Positions 11,112 to 24,301 are shown, counted from the stretch's first letter. The stretch: DNA of 64,000 nucleotides from Nemertoderma westbladi (GCA_032718475.1 JAUCBJ010008204.1:1-64000), one strand, 5' to 3'. Notes: generated from the letters alone by a model not told the origin. Numbers and translations: made by a program.

Positions 11112-14100
11112 ATGAGCCGAGAGAAAGGAACGACACCGCCGCGGACCCCGGACGACGATCTAACGATCCGCGAGGCCACGGCGAGACGATACGAACCCAC
11201 GACGCCGGTCGATGCTACGCCGACCACGTCGACGCACGTTGACGCCACGTCGATAACGAGCAACACGGCGAACCAAGGTGTGGGGGGTCGTCTACCAGGA
11301 GAGAGCGAGTCGAGTAGAGGAGACGAGTCGGGAGGAGAAGAAAAAGACGAGTCGACGCGGAGCGAGGGTCGACATACCGATGTCACCGGTCCGCCACAGG
11401 CCGAGGACGACAAACGGTCCACCGGAACGGCGACGGTGGGGCCGTCGGTACGACGTCGGACCCGGAGAGACAGAGGAGAGGTCGGCGACGAGGACGTCGG
11501 GGTTTCTGATCGACTTCGACGGGCCTACAACGCGACCCGGGAACTACTAAAGGAGGCCAAGGAGGGGGCGAGGATAGACGAGGTCAGGATGACAAAGGGA
11601 CTAGGTGAGTCGGACAGATACTTTGATCACCTAGTGTGTTCTGGGCAGAGAGAACTAGCAGAGTTGAGGGCGTGGGGAGTTGCCTTCGAACTGTTTAAAC
11701 TATGGGAATGTGGGGGTATGGAACCTAGTGTAGTGTACATAGGGCCATACTTAGTCGATGCCAGGGAAGTTAAGTTAGTGGGTTGGGCGGGACCGCACGA
11801 GGGCGAATCCGAGGTTAGCTCCGAGGATTCGGTCTCGTCGGTCAGCGAGAACCCCGGAAAGCGGGGGAAAGTTAGTAGGACGGAGGGGCGACGGGAGTCC
11901 GTCGCAACCGGTAAGTCTGCTACATCCTCCGCAAAAGAAAGAAGGGTGCGGGAGATAAATCTGGCGTATGGAATAGAAGTGGCGGCGGCAGAGCAGAAAG
12001 AGTTAGAGAGGCGACTGAGTGAGGAAACCGCGTGGTTGGAGAGAGAAAGAGAGTGGGCAAAGGAAGATAGAGAGAGAGTCGAGGAGTGTAGAGAGCGGGA
12101 GATGGGAGTAGAGAGCGAGTCGGCAAAGCGGTCTGAGGTGCTTGCGAGAGAGAGGGCCGAGCGAAGTTTACGAAAGTGCATAAAGAGAGAGATAGAGATA
12201 GAGCGTGAGCGGGATGATTTGTGTGCCCAGATAGGGAGGCTTGCGCAATATCAAGCCAAACTTAAACGGCGCCGACTAGAACTGGCGCGGTTGGAGATAT
12301 CAGAGAGTGAGCCCCCACTTACAGGCACCGGGCGAGAAAACCAGAACTGGTGTAGCCATACGGGCGGGGGGGGTAGTAGTAGTACGTTAGAAGCAGTTAA
12401 TATTAATAGTACCGTAGTAAATAACCCTAATCCCTTTATTACAGGAAATAATATTTTACCGGGTAGTAGTAATTTAAATTTAAATACAAATACTCTAAAT
12501 AATAACTTCAATTCAAACCCGCAAAATAATTCGAATAATAATTTAAGTTTAGAGAATAGTAGCCACCTAAGTAATTTAAATAATTTAAATAATAATTCCG
12601 TTTCGAATTCTAATAATTTAATTGATTTAACAAATAATAATGGGAATGGTGCTATTAATATGAGCGTGTCGGACGTACATAACCCGGCAGACGGTGGCCT
12701 GGTAGGCCACGTAGTTAGTAAGCAGGAGGTGGCAGGGTTGAGCCAACCAGACGGCGGCCTGGTAGGCCACGTAGTTAGTAGGCAGGAAGTGGCGCGGTTG
12801 AGCCAACCCGAGGTGGGCCTGGTAGGCCACGCAGTAGTAGAGAGAGAGGCGGGGGTGAATAGACCCAGCCGTAGTGGAGACAGTGCGTCGACTAGAGAGG
12901 GGTGTAGAGACGAAGTAAGAGATAGTGAAGTTAGATGTGGCGAGTGGGGGGGGGGCTACGGGCGCCCCACCACGTAAGACTAGTGGCGAGAGAGGGGGGG
13001 CAGAGAATGCCCCACAAGAGGGGTGTAGAAGTGTAGTAAGAGGTAGTGAAGTTAGAAGTGGCGGGTGGGGGGGGGGCTATGGACACCCCACCGCGAGAAG
13101 TTAGTAGAGAGAGAGGGGGGGCAGAGAGTGTCCCACAGCCGTCAGCGGATAATGCGAGGGCCGAAATAGGTAAACCGCAACAACCGGCGACGGAGAGTAA
13201 TAGGGGGATTGCGAGTATCCCCAGCGGCGTGCGATCGAGCAGAGAGAGGCAGGTTGACGTCGCGAGAGGGCAGGCGAAGCGTCGAGCCCGACCAGAAGAG
13301 AGAAGAAGAACAGTGGAGTTTAACCGGGAGGTCGACGAGAGATCTCATGAGCCGGAATACTGCACTGAAAAGAGAAGAAGAGGAGATAGTAGAAAAGGTG
13401 TCGCCACGAACGATAGCAGTGCGAGGACGGATAACGGACCGTCGATAGTAGAGATGGAGTCAGGGAGCCAGTGGGGTCGAACTTCGGGAGATTGCCGTCG
13501 CCCCGGAGAAACGCACCGCACGCCAGGAGGGGGGTACAGGACGTACCAGTACGAAGAAGAGAACAGGAGAGGGGATCGAGGGGAAACTTCCCGACGGGAT
13601 ATAGCTGCCGATCGAGAGTACGGTAGTCGCGGGGAGATTCGAGATTCGCGAAGAATAAACTTCGGTTCGGAAGGGCACATGCAGACTGCAGGACATACTG
13701 TAGGCCTTACTGCACATACTATTATAGGCCATGCTGGGAGAGATAGAGTAGGCGATGGGGTAGCGCGAACGACGGGATTAAACCCGGAAGTCGCGGAGTA
13801 CATACCGGTAGGTAGGCGAGAGGTAGGTAGGCCTATATCGGTACAGCAGCATGACTATAATACACAGGGACATAACATATATCCAGGGGAGGGGGGAGTT
13901 ATTGGAGATAGACGTATGGGCCCCAATGTATTAACATCAACCCCAGCACCAAACATACCGGCTGGGGGGGGGACAGGGTGACATTCCCCCATCACAATAT
14001 CGACAATATACCCCGATAGGAGCAAGAATATCGAACTCCCTGGACGAGAGCAGGTCGTGCGGACAGTCACCACCACACGCGGCCATACAGGGGACTACCA

Positions 14101-14834
14101 GTCCACAGTTAGCTGGTAGTAGGGCCACACCGTGGCAGGGACAGAAAGAAAATAACACTATATATAATAAACACAATCCCAATATACCCAGTAGGCCGAG
14201 TCTAGACAACCAAAACATTAAATCGGTACATATAAACCTAAGCGCGATACGTGAAGGACTATACAGGAAACGCTATAATCCAGGATTCCAATGTCAATTA
14301 CATCGGGACGGAACCCATAAGACCAGGAGTTGCAAGTACTGGCAAGCGTTGCCCAAACGAGATCGTGTAGCCTACACAGACGCAAACGGACTATGTCATC
14401 GATGTGTGGTAAAAGGACACAGATCCGGAGAGTGTTGGAAAGGGAGAGGATATGAAAGGATTAAACAAGGGGCAGAGAAGCCTATTAGCAAACATAAGGG
14501 AGTCGGGAAAGTAGGAGGAGGCGTGTTGCATACACACGCAGGACGGACACAGTGCGAGGGGGCATTGCACGGACAGACACCGCGTATACCGAGGGACGAG
14601 CGGGGGTCGTCGAGGGCCTTAATGCCAGCGCACATACGAAGGGGGAGGCCAGCAAAGGTAGCACCGAAGAGAGTGTGGCGAAGAGTTAGAGGACGTATAG
14701 GAGGGCAGCAGGAGAGTGCCCACTGGAAGAAGGGGCACGTGAGAGTTTTTAGTCGTCCAAAGTTTTGGACTGAGGGGGGTGGGAATGAGGGCGAGACGCC
14801 CTTCCCACGCACAAAATATAAAATAATTATTTAA
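11112..14834 (+). CDS. Capsid-less Gag-like protein (acidic N-terminus, coiled coil, Asn-rich linker, 20-aa repeats, two Cys/His knuckles); frame breaks only at G-runs
   Basis: Homologous to outer 23245-18800. Frame shifts at G-runs near 12950, 13070 and 13970; then open to 14834 through CQLHRDGTHKTRSC and CHRCVVKGHRSGEC. Confidence 0.75.
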
Positions 14835-14869
14835 TTAAAAATAAGAAAATAATTAAATAATAGAGTAGG

Positions 14870-16110
14870 TAGAAGTTAGGTAGTAAGAGTTAATTAGTTA
14901 GTTAGTTAGTTAAAGGAGGGTACGTGTAGTACCGTTAGTAGAAGAGTTAGTAGAACGGTACGTGTAGTACCGTTAGTAGAAGAGTTAGTAGGAGGGTACG
15001 TGTAGTACCGTTAGTAGAAGAGTTAGTAGGAGGGTACGTGTAGTACCGTTAGTAGAAGAGTTAGTAGGAGGGTACGTGTAGTACCGTTAGTAGAAGAGAG
15101 TTAGAGGGTACGTAAGTACCGCTAGTTAGTTAGAGTTAGAGGGTACGTAAGTACCGATTAGAAAGTAAGAGTTAGAGGGTACGTGGTACCGTTAGTTAGA
15201 GGTGTTAGTAGTAGCAGCAGAGGGTTGTGGGCACCGTAAGCGCCACGTAGTTAGAGTTAGTAGGGAATGCGCTGAACTTAGTGGGGCACGGGCGTGATGA
15301 CGTGTTTGATGTAAGAGCAGGGTATGTTAATTAGGGTGGGTGCCGGGCACAAGAGGTGCCGGGCACAAAAAGAGTTAGTAGTAGAGTTAGTTGAGTTAGT
15401 AGAGAGTTAGTAGAGTTAGTAGAGTTAGAAGGTGCCGGGCACAAGAGGTGCCGGGCACAAAAAGAGTTAGTAGAGTTAGAAGGTGCCGGGCACAAGAGGT
15501 GCCGGGCACAAAAGGGGTTAGTAGAGTTAGAAGAGAGTTAGTAGAGTCAGTAGTAGTTCACATAATTAACGTACCCACTCTGCCGGCACTCAGAGCGTCA
15601 CGTGTAGGCGATGAGACGTAAAGGGGGAGTAGAGGAGTAGAGAGGGCACATTGGGTGCCAGGTAGTAGAAGAGTAGAGACGGGCACATAGGGTGCCAGGT
15701 AGTAAGTTAGAGAGGTAGTAGTGTAGTAGAGAGGGCACATAGGGTGCCAGGTAGTAGAGTAGAGCAGAGGGGGCACATAGGGTGCCAGGTAGTAGAGCTA
15801 GAGAGGTAGTTGAGTAGTAGAAGGGCACATAGGGTGCCAGATAGTAGAGTGGTTGTGGGCACCGTAAGCGCCACGTAGTTAGAAGAGTGGAGTAGAGTTA
15901 GCAGAGCTAGTGGAGTAGAGTTAGTAGAGCTAGTTAGCAGAGTTGGTAGACTCAGAGGAGTCAAGTAGAGTTAGTAGAAGTAGAAAGTTAGTAGGAGTTA
16001 GTTAGACTTAGTAGAGAGTTAGAGTCAGTAGAAAGTTAGAGGCTCTCAGTTAGAGCTAGAAGTAGTAAGAGTTAGTAGTTAGCAGAGTTAGTTAGATAGT
16101 TAGAGTTAGT
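14870..16110 (+). repeat. C-poor GTTAG/GTAG-rich region with tandem hairpin units
   Basis: Repeats of ggtacgtgtagtacc, ggtacgtaagtacc, gtgccgggcac and ggcacatagggtgcc separated by agagttagtag spacers. Confidence 0.85.
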
Positions 16111-16529
16111 AAGCAGTAGGTAGATAGTATGATAGCACAGGGGTAGCATTAGAGATTAAAGCCTTAGGGAGTGACAAGAGAGGGATGGGGTAACTAGTGC
16201 GGAGTGCGAAGAGAGCGTGGGCGCAATTCAAGTGTGGGGGAGGAGAAGTGAGAGGAAGAGTGTGGGACGAGGAGGTCCGGGAGTATGCGAGAGTTGGAGT
16301 AGAGTGGTGAGAGTGTTGGGGAAACAAAAATTGTGTGAGAGAAGCGCACGATCGGCCCGACACGAGACGCCAGAGGGTAGTGACATCATACCCATAGGGA
16401 GCGGCCTGGAAAGCCGACTCCGAAAAAATAGACCCACCCCACACCCGATAATAGATCGGGATCCAGCGGAATTGTAGCGCACTTGAGTTGGATGCTATCT
16501 TCTCACCGGGAAGATAGCATGGGGGGGAG

Positions 16530-17059
16530 TGTTAGCTTATCCAATTCCGCTAACACAAACCCATAGAGTGAGCCATAAAGCAATATTGGGAGCCTATTGT
16601 CAGCCCAGTAAACGGGGACAATAGGCCCCAAAGGAGACACACACAATAAGGGTCAGGGGTTACTCCCCTGACAAGAGAGAGAACAGCAAGGGCGAAGGGA
16701 AGCACTTCAGAGGGGGGCAAAGGGTGCCAACAGGGGTATCAACCAATCAGAGGGGGGAAAGGCATCGATTGAGTAGCAATAAGGCCACCGTGCAATATAA
16801 CCAGTTACCAGTAATCATACCGGTCAGTTATTCAGTTTACTCAGTCAGATCAGTAGGGTGGAACGGGGACTTCTGTCACCGTCCGCTACCGCCATCATAT
16901 TATTCATACTTATATTACCTGTTGTGTTATACTATATATCAGACTATTATACATTATACATATAACCGGACACCAGAACTATTTTACCTTTCACACACGG
17001 CGGGGACGCGTGGATAGAAAACCCAAACGGATAAACCGGGATCCGTAGATCCCGTCACA
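16530..17059 (+). repeat. 3' LTR of inner element
   Basis: Preceded by PPT gggggggag; near-identical to 10494-11023. Confidence 0.97.
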
Positions 17060-20000
17060 TATACGATACATAACCCCTCTTCGTGTGGATGTCTGCGCCC
17101 TCCTGGCTCAGCTGATACTTCAGTTCGTCTGTCTCTCTATCCCACACGATTCCCAATGCCTTCTGCTGGGATTCCGTTCTCTTAATCGCCATGTCCTGCC
17201 CTTTGGCTGTTGTGGGATTATCCATGGTCGATTCTGGTTTCCTGTCCTCTATGGCTTTGATAAATTCTTCCGAACTGGATTGGAATTTGGTCAGGTTGAA
17301 GCCGGATCCTTTTAGGATATCGCGAACCTCGCGCCCTGTATCCAGTATCTCCTTAACCGTATTTCCAGACTCCATTCCGTCGTCTACGTAGAAGCCGCGT
17401 CGAATCATATCGACGGCCCTACTGCTGTATCTATCTTCCTTCCCCTTTACTGTGTCTCTCACTGCCATAGTCGTCGTAAATGAAGACGACTTGGCCCCCA
17501 TGTTCTGTACTACCATCTTATATGCCGGTATTATCGACGGTTCTTCCTCGCCGTTATACCATAAGAAGCGCTGACTGTCGCTATCTTCCTCCATTACACG
17601 GACTTGGTTGAACATGCCTTCTATGTCACACGTGAAGGCGTGTTTCCCATTTCTAAATCTAAGTAACACCTCTATGCCCGAATTGTATATGTTTGGGCCT
17701 TCTAACAGGTAGTCGTTTAAGCACTTTCCGTCGGTCTTTGCCGATGCGTCGACTACCATCCTTAGTTTACCTTTCTTTGGGTCTAAAGCCACGTGCAGTG
17801 GCAGGTAATATGTCCTATCCGTGTTCGGCTCGTCGACCAGTAACTCCACGGCCCATCCTTTCTCGACGTACTTCTTAATTGTTCTGTGGATGTACTCATT
17901 CTTCTCGGGGCTCCGTTTTAGTGTTTGTTTCAGTTTGCGGAGTCTCGTGAGTACCATCCCCCTATTGTCGGGCAGCGGTATCTTCGGTAGTTTCCATACC
18001 ATTCCTATAGTATACCGTCCCTCATCGCATGTCATTGATTCCTCCACGCTTTGTAGAGCCTGCTTGTCTTCTACTGAGGTCCCGACTCCGGTTTCTTTCA
18101 GTCCCTCGAAATCCTGTCTGAGCAGTCTTTTAAGCTGCTCCTCTGCTCCCTCGTCACCCATTTCCTGCATTGTTCCCGCGAACATGCATCCTGATGTCTC
18201 CGACATCCTAAATGGTATCTTGCTCTTAATTGGACCACTCAGCGTCCACCCGAATGGTGTTAATATGGCCACCGGGTCACTCTGCTTGTCTTCGCCGAAG
18301 ACCGTTTGCATTCTTTCGTGGGCCGTTGGGCAGTCCATACCTACTATGATGGATACCTTGCTAACGTCCACGTCTGGGATTGAGAAGTCAATGTCGTCCA
18401 GGAATTTATATTGCTCGACCTCGATGTTGGTTGGTCGCCTGGCATTGATATTAATTGACTCTATCACTTGGATGGGGTCGATGGTTGCCCCATAGTCGCA
18501 TCCTGGTGCCACTGCTGCAATTGCGCACCGTCCTGTTCTCATCTCCAGGATCTCATCTTTGCTAGAGATGGTTGTTACCGCCATCCTGCTTGGCCTCGTT
18601 CTCAATCCTATCTCCTCGGCAACCCATTCCTCGACTAATGTGAAGGCAGCTCCACTATCAACCAGCATTAGCGTTGTTACTGATCGATTGCCTTCCCCAA
18701 TCACTCGCACGGGTACTACTCCAAGTAGCACCGTTCCTCTCTTCTTCGCTCCTACTGTGCTCGTCGCCATCGTTTGGCCTCTCCTTTGACCAAATTTTAT
18801 CGGCCTCTCCTTGCACTCCCTTGCTCTATGTCCACTCATTACACATCGCGAGCAGATTTTATTGCTGAACGCATAATCTATCTGATCCTGCCTAGGTAGC
18901 GCCTGCCAGTACCTGCAGTTCATGGTTTGATGAAGCGCATTTGCGTGTAGCTGGCATTTGCTCTTTGGGTCGTAGCCCTCTTTATACAGTGCATTGCGTA
19001 TCGCAGTTGCGTTTGTACCAAAGTCCCTACTATTCTTATTGTTTGGATTTAGCCTACTGGGCGTACTGGGGTTATGTTTATTCGTGTTGTTATTGTTTCC
19101 CTGTCCGTTCCATGGTGTTGTCTTATCCTCGGCTAGCTGTGGACTTGCAGTCCCCTGCGTCGCTGCATATGGCAATGATTGCCTGAGTCTCGGTAATGCG
19201 TTTGATGTGTTGTGCTCTGGTTTCGGTCTATGGTAGTCTGTCTTCGGTCCCTTTCCCAGGCTGTCTTCGCTATAGACTGGGTCAGTTATTAGCTCAGCCT
19301 CGTAGTTTAAGAAGTTTGACATTTCTTCTAAACCCGGTTCCGCACCCTTCTTATCTCGAGTGGAGAAGGCGATTTTCCTCCACTTGTTGCGCAGCCAGCT
19401 CGGTAGTGCCTGCGCTATCGTGGTGATGTTGTTGGACGCGTTGAGCTCGTATGGCGCGTCTAGCGTCTTCAGCACGATTAGCGCCTTTTCAACTTTGTTA
19501 GCAAATGTCTTAATGCTAACGGGATTATCCTGTAGGCCACCCGATGTTATGCCTCTCAACGTCTGTCTGATGATCTTGGCCGGGTGCCCGTATTCCCTAT
19601 CCAGTGCCCGCCATGCTGTCGTGAAGCCGCCCTCTATTCCTTGATATTGCCTCACGATGTCGTATGCTGGGCCTCCCGTGTACACTTGTAGATACTTTAG
19701 GCACTCCGCCTGCGTCAAGTTTTTTGTTAGTATTTCGTTACTATACATGCGCCGAAACTGTAGATATTCTTCCGGCCTACTCCCATCGAATTTGAATGGT
19801 TCCACGGGTGGTAGCTCGATCCTCGTTTTCAACGCATCGATCAACGTGGCCATCCCCATCGCCTGTGCTTCCAATGGATTCGATGGGTGCTGTATAGTTT
19901 CTCCTGTCTGGTGCGTTCCGTCTGTCCTATTTCTTGACTTTCTCTGACTTGGGTATGTCATCGGGGGTAGCGGCCCCCTCCATATTTCTGTGTCACACGA

Positions 20001-23000
20001 CCTATTCTCATCCAAGGGTCTCGTTGTTCTTGCTCCTATCGGGGTATATTGTTGATATTGTGATGGGGGAATGTCACCCTGTCCCCCCCCCCCCCACCGG
20101 TATGTTTGGTACTGGGGTTGATGTTAATATGTTGGGGCCCATGCACCTATCCGCAATAATTCCCCCCTCCCCTGGGTATATGTTATGTCCCTGCATGCTG
20201 TAGTCATACTGCTGTGCTGGTACCGGTATAGGCCTATCAGCTTCTGGCCTACCCGCCGGTATGTATTCCGCGACTTCCGGGTTTAATCCCGTTGTCCACG
20301 CTATCCTATCGCCTACATTGCCTCTCTCAGTATGGCCTACGGTATGTGCAGTAAGGCCTACAGTATGTCCTACAGTCTGCATGTGTTGTTCGGGATCGAA
20401 GTTTATTCTTCTCGAATAATCCTCCCCGCGGCTACCGTATTCTCGATCGATAGGTGTATTCCGTCGGAAAGTTTCTCTTCGACCCCCCTCTCTACTGTTC
20501 TCGTCTTCGTACCGGTACATCGCGTACCCCTCTCTCGGCGCGTAGTGCGCCTCGCCGGGTCGCATCTCTCCGGGGCGACGGCAATCTCCCGGAGTCCGAC
20601 CCCACTGACTCTCTGTTCTCATCTCGACTACCGACGGCTCGCTATCCGTCCTCGCTCTTCTATCGTTCGCGGCGATACTTCTACTACTGTCTTCTCTTCT
20701 TCTCCTTTCAGTGGAGTATTCCCGCTCGTGAGATCTCTCGTCGACCTCCCGGTTAAACCCCACTGTTCTTCTTCCCTCTTCTGATCGGGCTCGACGCTTC
20801 GTCCGCCCTCTCACGACGTCAACCTGTCTCTCTCTACTCGGTCGCACGCCGCTGGGGATACTCGCAATCCCCCTATTACTTTCCGTCGCCGGTTGTTGCG
20901 GTTTACCTATTTTGGCCCTCGCATTATCCGCTGACGGCTGTGGGGCACTCTCTGCCCCCCCCTTTTCGCCGCTAACTCGCTGTTGTGGGGTCCCTGTAGC
21001 CCCCCCCCCCCCCCCCCCACTCGCCACATCTAACTTCGCTATCCCTCACTACCGCTACTATATCCCTCTCTAGTCGACACATCAACCCTATCGCGGTCGG
21101 GTCTATTCACCCCCGCCTCTCTCTCTGCTATTGCGTGGCCTACCAGGCCCTCTGCTCCCTGCCTACCGACTATGCGGCCTACCAGGCCCTCGCTGGGTCC
21201 ATCCAACCCAGCCACTCCCTGCCTACCAACTACGTGGCCTACCAGGCCCTCGCTGGGTCCATCCAACCCAGCCACTCCCTGCCTACCAACTACGTGGCCT
21301 ACCAGGCCCTCGCCGGGTCTACCTAACCCAGCCACTCCCTGCCTACCAACTACGTGGCCTACCTGGGCCCCATCTGTCTGGCCATACACGCCCGACGTGT
21401 TTACATTAATAGCACCCGTATTGGGAACGGAATTAACTTGTTCGTTCGAAATAAAATCATTTGAATTATCTTGTAAATTCGGGCTTGGCTCATTAATTAA
21501 ATTATTTGAATTATTATTATTTTGGTTATTTGGATTATTTTGCGTAGCTACATTAATATTAGGATTATTTTCTACATTAATATTAGGATTGTTCTGATTT
21601 AAATTTAAATTACTACCACTAGGCAAAGTATTTCCTGCAATAAAGGTTTGATTAGAATTATCCCATACGGTACTATTAATATTAACCACGTCTACTGTAC
21701 CATTATCATTATTACCCCCCCCCCCCCCCCGCCCGTACGGTCACACCAGTTTTGGGTCTGTCGTGCGGTCCCTGTAAGTGGGGTATTAATAAATGTATCC
21801 ACGGCCCCTGGCTCCTCTAAAATACTCGAGCCTGTCTCGCTCTCAGACGCCCCCGCCCGCACCAGTTGCAGCTCGTGCGCGCGTCTAACCCTATGTTCCC
21901 CAAGCTCACTTTGGCGTCTCTTTAATTCCTCCTGGTCTCGCTCGGCTCCTGTCATTCTCCTCTCACACTCCCGCGTGTCCCGCTCAGCCAACTCTACTAC
22001 TTTCCTAGCACTCTCCCTTCGCCTCGCTTCACGCTCCTTACGTTCACTTTCCTTTCTCGCCTCATACTCCTTGCGTTCCGCCTCACGCTCTTTGCGTTCC
22101 CTTTCTTCCCTTGCCTCACGTTCCCTACACTCCTTTTCCTCCTTTTCCTCACACTCCCTAAGGCCCCTCAAAGCCCTTTCGGCCCTCTCTCCGGTTTCTC
22201 TAATCAATGCCGCTTCCCTCTCTAGCCGCATTCTCCCCTCCTCTAGCCGTTTATCCATTTCCCTCTGACCTTGCTCTATCAGCTCGAGACGGTACGCGGC
22301 ACCTGCCTCTCTCACCCGTCTTTCTTTCGCGGAGGATGTAGCAGACTTATCGGTTACGACGGACTCCCTCCGCCTTCCCGATCTACTAGCTTTCCCCCTC
22401 CTCCCGGAACTCCCTCCGACCGACGAGGCCGAATCCTCGGGGTTAACCTCGGATTCGCCCCCTTCAGGTCTGTTCCAACCCATTAATTTTATACCCCGGG
22501 CATCGATTAAATATGGCCCTATGTACACTACACTAGGTTGTATACCCCCATGCCGCCATGAGTCATACAGTTCCTCGGCAACCTTTCTCGCTCTCTCCTC
22601 GGCCAATTCTCTCTGCCCGAAACGCATTAGATAGTATAAATGTCTGTCCGACTTACCTAGTCCTGACTTCAGTTTTACCTCGTCTATCGTTTTCCCCTTT
22701 CTGGCCTCCTCTAGTAGTCTCCGGGTCGCGTTGTAGGCCCGTCGAAGTCGCTCAGAAACCCCGACGTCCTCGTCGCCGACCCCTCGTCCGTCTCTCCGGG
22801 TTCGACGTCGTACCGGCGGCCCCACCGTCGCCGTTTCGGCGGGCCGTCCGTCGCCCTCGGCCTGTGGCTGGCCGGCGACATCGGTATCGACACCTCCGTC
22901 GTCTCTCCGGGTCCTTCCTCGTACCGTCGGCCCTTCCGTCGTCGTCTCGGTGGGCCGTTCGTCGCTCTCGGCCTGTGGCTGGCCGGCGACGCCGGTGCGT

Positions 23001-23245
23001 CGACCCTCGTCCCGTGTCGACTCGTCTCCTTCTCCCTCGAGCCCGCTCTCTCTATCTTCCGACTCGACTCCCCCTCCTCTCGACTCGGCTTCTGACTCCA
23101 GACGGTCTCCCTCGCCTTGAACTTCCGGGTCGCCCGTTATCGATGGCTCCGGCGTCGTGGGCCTATACCGCCTGGTCGCGGCCTCGCGGATCGTTTGTTC
23201 TTCGTCCGGGGTCCGCGTCGGTGTTATTTCTCCCGACTGACTCAT
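17060..23245 (-). CDS. Outer gag-pol, 5' part: long N-terminal extension, capsid (DUF1759-like), Zn knuckles, aspartic protease and RT; frameshifted in the N-terminal extension
   Basis: PPVEPFKFDG...YLQ...AW..LDREYG capsid; CSRCVMSGHRAREC; LVDSGA; YYLPLH, LRMVVDAS, DIEGMFNQV, FYVDD, ALGIVW. ORF pieces 23245-21692, 21689-21039, 21027-20074 and 20015-17055 break mainly at poly-G runs. Confidence 0.93.
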
Positions 23246-23305
23246 CTTTCTTTATCTCTAAATTGGTCGCTGATGGTTACAGAGTTTATCTAGGGCGGCA
23301 GCTGA

Positions 23306-23314
23306 TTTAGTTAC
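23306..23314 (-). promoter_or_regulatory. Putative self-complementary primer-binding site of outer element (GTAACTAAA on the minus strand)
   Basis: Exact reverse complement of the LTR 9-mer at 23477-23485 (TTTAGTTAC on the minus strand). Confidence 0.7.
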
Positions 23315-23851
23315 TGTGACGGGATCCAAGAGGGATCCCGGTTTATCCGGTTTTAGTTCACGCGTCCCCGCCGTGTATAAAGAGTGAATAAGTTCGTGCT
23401 GTTTGTCGTATATAATATGATATGCAGGTATAGATATAGATATAGATATATTGTCGTATACGGAAGGCGGGATACGGTAACTAAAGTCCCGGTCCTTCCC
23501 TATCTAAAACTATGTAACCTAATCTAGCACCGGTATTGCACTGAGATAACTGAATTGGTATTATTACTGCCAAGTGGCTATATTGCACGGTTGGCCTTGT
23601 TGCTCTACCTAATCGATGCCTTTCCCCCCTCTGATTGGTTGATACCCTTGTTGGCGCCCTTTGGAGTGTTCCCGTTCACTCCACCTATTCTCTCTGGGTT
23701 AGGGGTTTGGCCCCTGACCCTCATTGTGTGCTTCTCCTTCCCATTCTCATTGGGATGGCACGAGTTGGTTAATTACCCAATCTCGTGGCTCCCAATATTG
23801 CTTATCGGCTTATAACTTTATGGGGTGTTAGCGGGATTGAATAAGCTAACA
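23315..23851 (-). repeat. 5' LTR of outer element
   Basis: Direct repeat of 3193-3734, followed by TSD GCCTT. Confidence 0.97.
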
Positions 23852-24301
23852 GCCTTTTAACCTAAATGGCACATGCCTTCGCCCTACACCCACCCTAGCC
23901 GCTTATGCTATGTCTGTATAATGTATGGTTTGGTCTGTTGGTAGGATAAGCAGATAGGACTGGACTGACACTGAGGATGTACAGATGTAAGTAAGAGTAA
24001 CGAACGGAGTAGGCCTACCGATGGTATTGACAGACTGGAGTAAGCCGGTAGTACCCAGTCTGCCAGTCCTGCAGTCCGGTCTGCCGGTAGTCCAGTCCCT
24101 GTCAGCCTGTTACTAGTTACTGTACGACTTAGTTAAGACTTGTACGTCTGTACGTGACGTCTCGTAGGTCAGTCAGTAGGCTGGTAGGTAACGGAATAGG
24201 CCCCTACTGGAATACGGGCTGACGTGATACTGCTGTACTGTGATAGGGATAATACAGTAATATAGTATAAGCCTATTACTTTAGACTGTTAGATATTAAA
24301 T

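Larger units (their letters stand above)
10494..17059 (+). mobile_element. Nested non-autonomous LTR element related to the outer Bel/Pao element
   Basis: 530-bp LTRs; TSD TATAC at 10489-10493 and 17060-17064; gag-like ORF homologous to the outer gag; no PR/RT/RH/IN; shares post-IN sequence (agtcgtccaa(a)gttttggactgaggggggtggga) and 3' UTR/PPT with the outer element. Confidence 0.96.
3193..23851 (-). mobile_element. Full-length Bel/Pao-type LTR retrotransposon (outer element), interrupted by a nested element
   Basis: Two ~540-bp direct LTRs with TG...CA ends; 5-bp TSD GCCTT at 3188-3192 and 23852-23856; gag-PR-RT-RH-IN order with YVDD RT motif and Bel/Pao-type gag and IN tail; PPT next to the 3' LTR. 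Confidence 0.97.
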
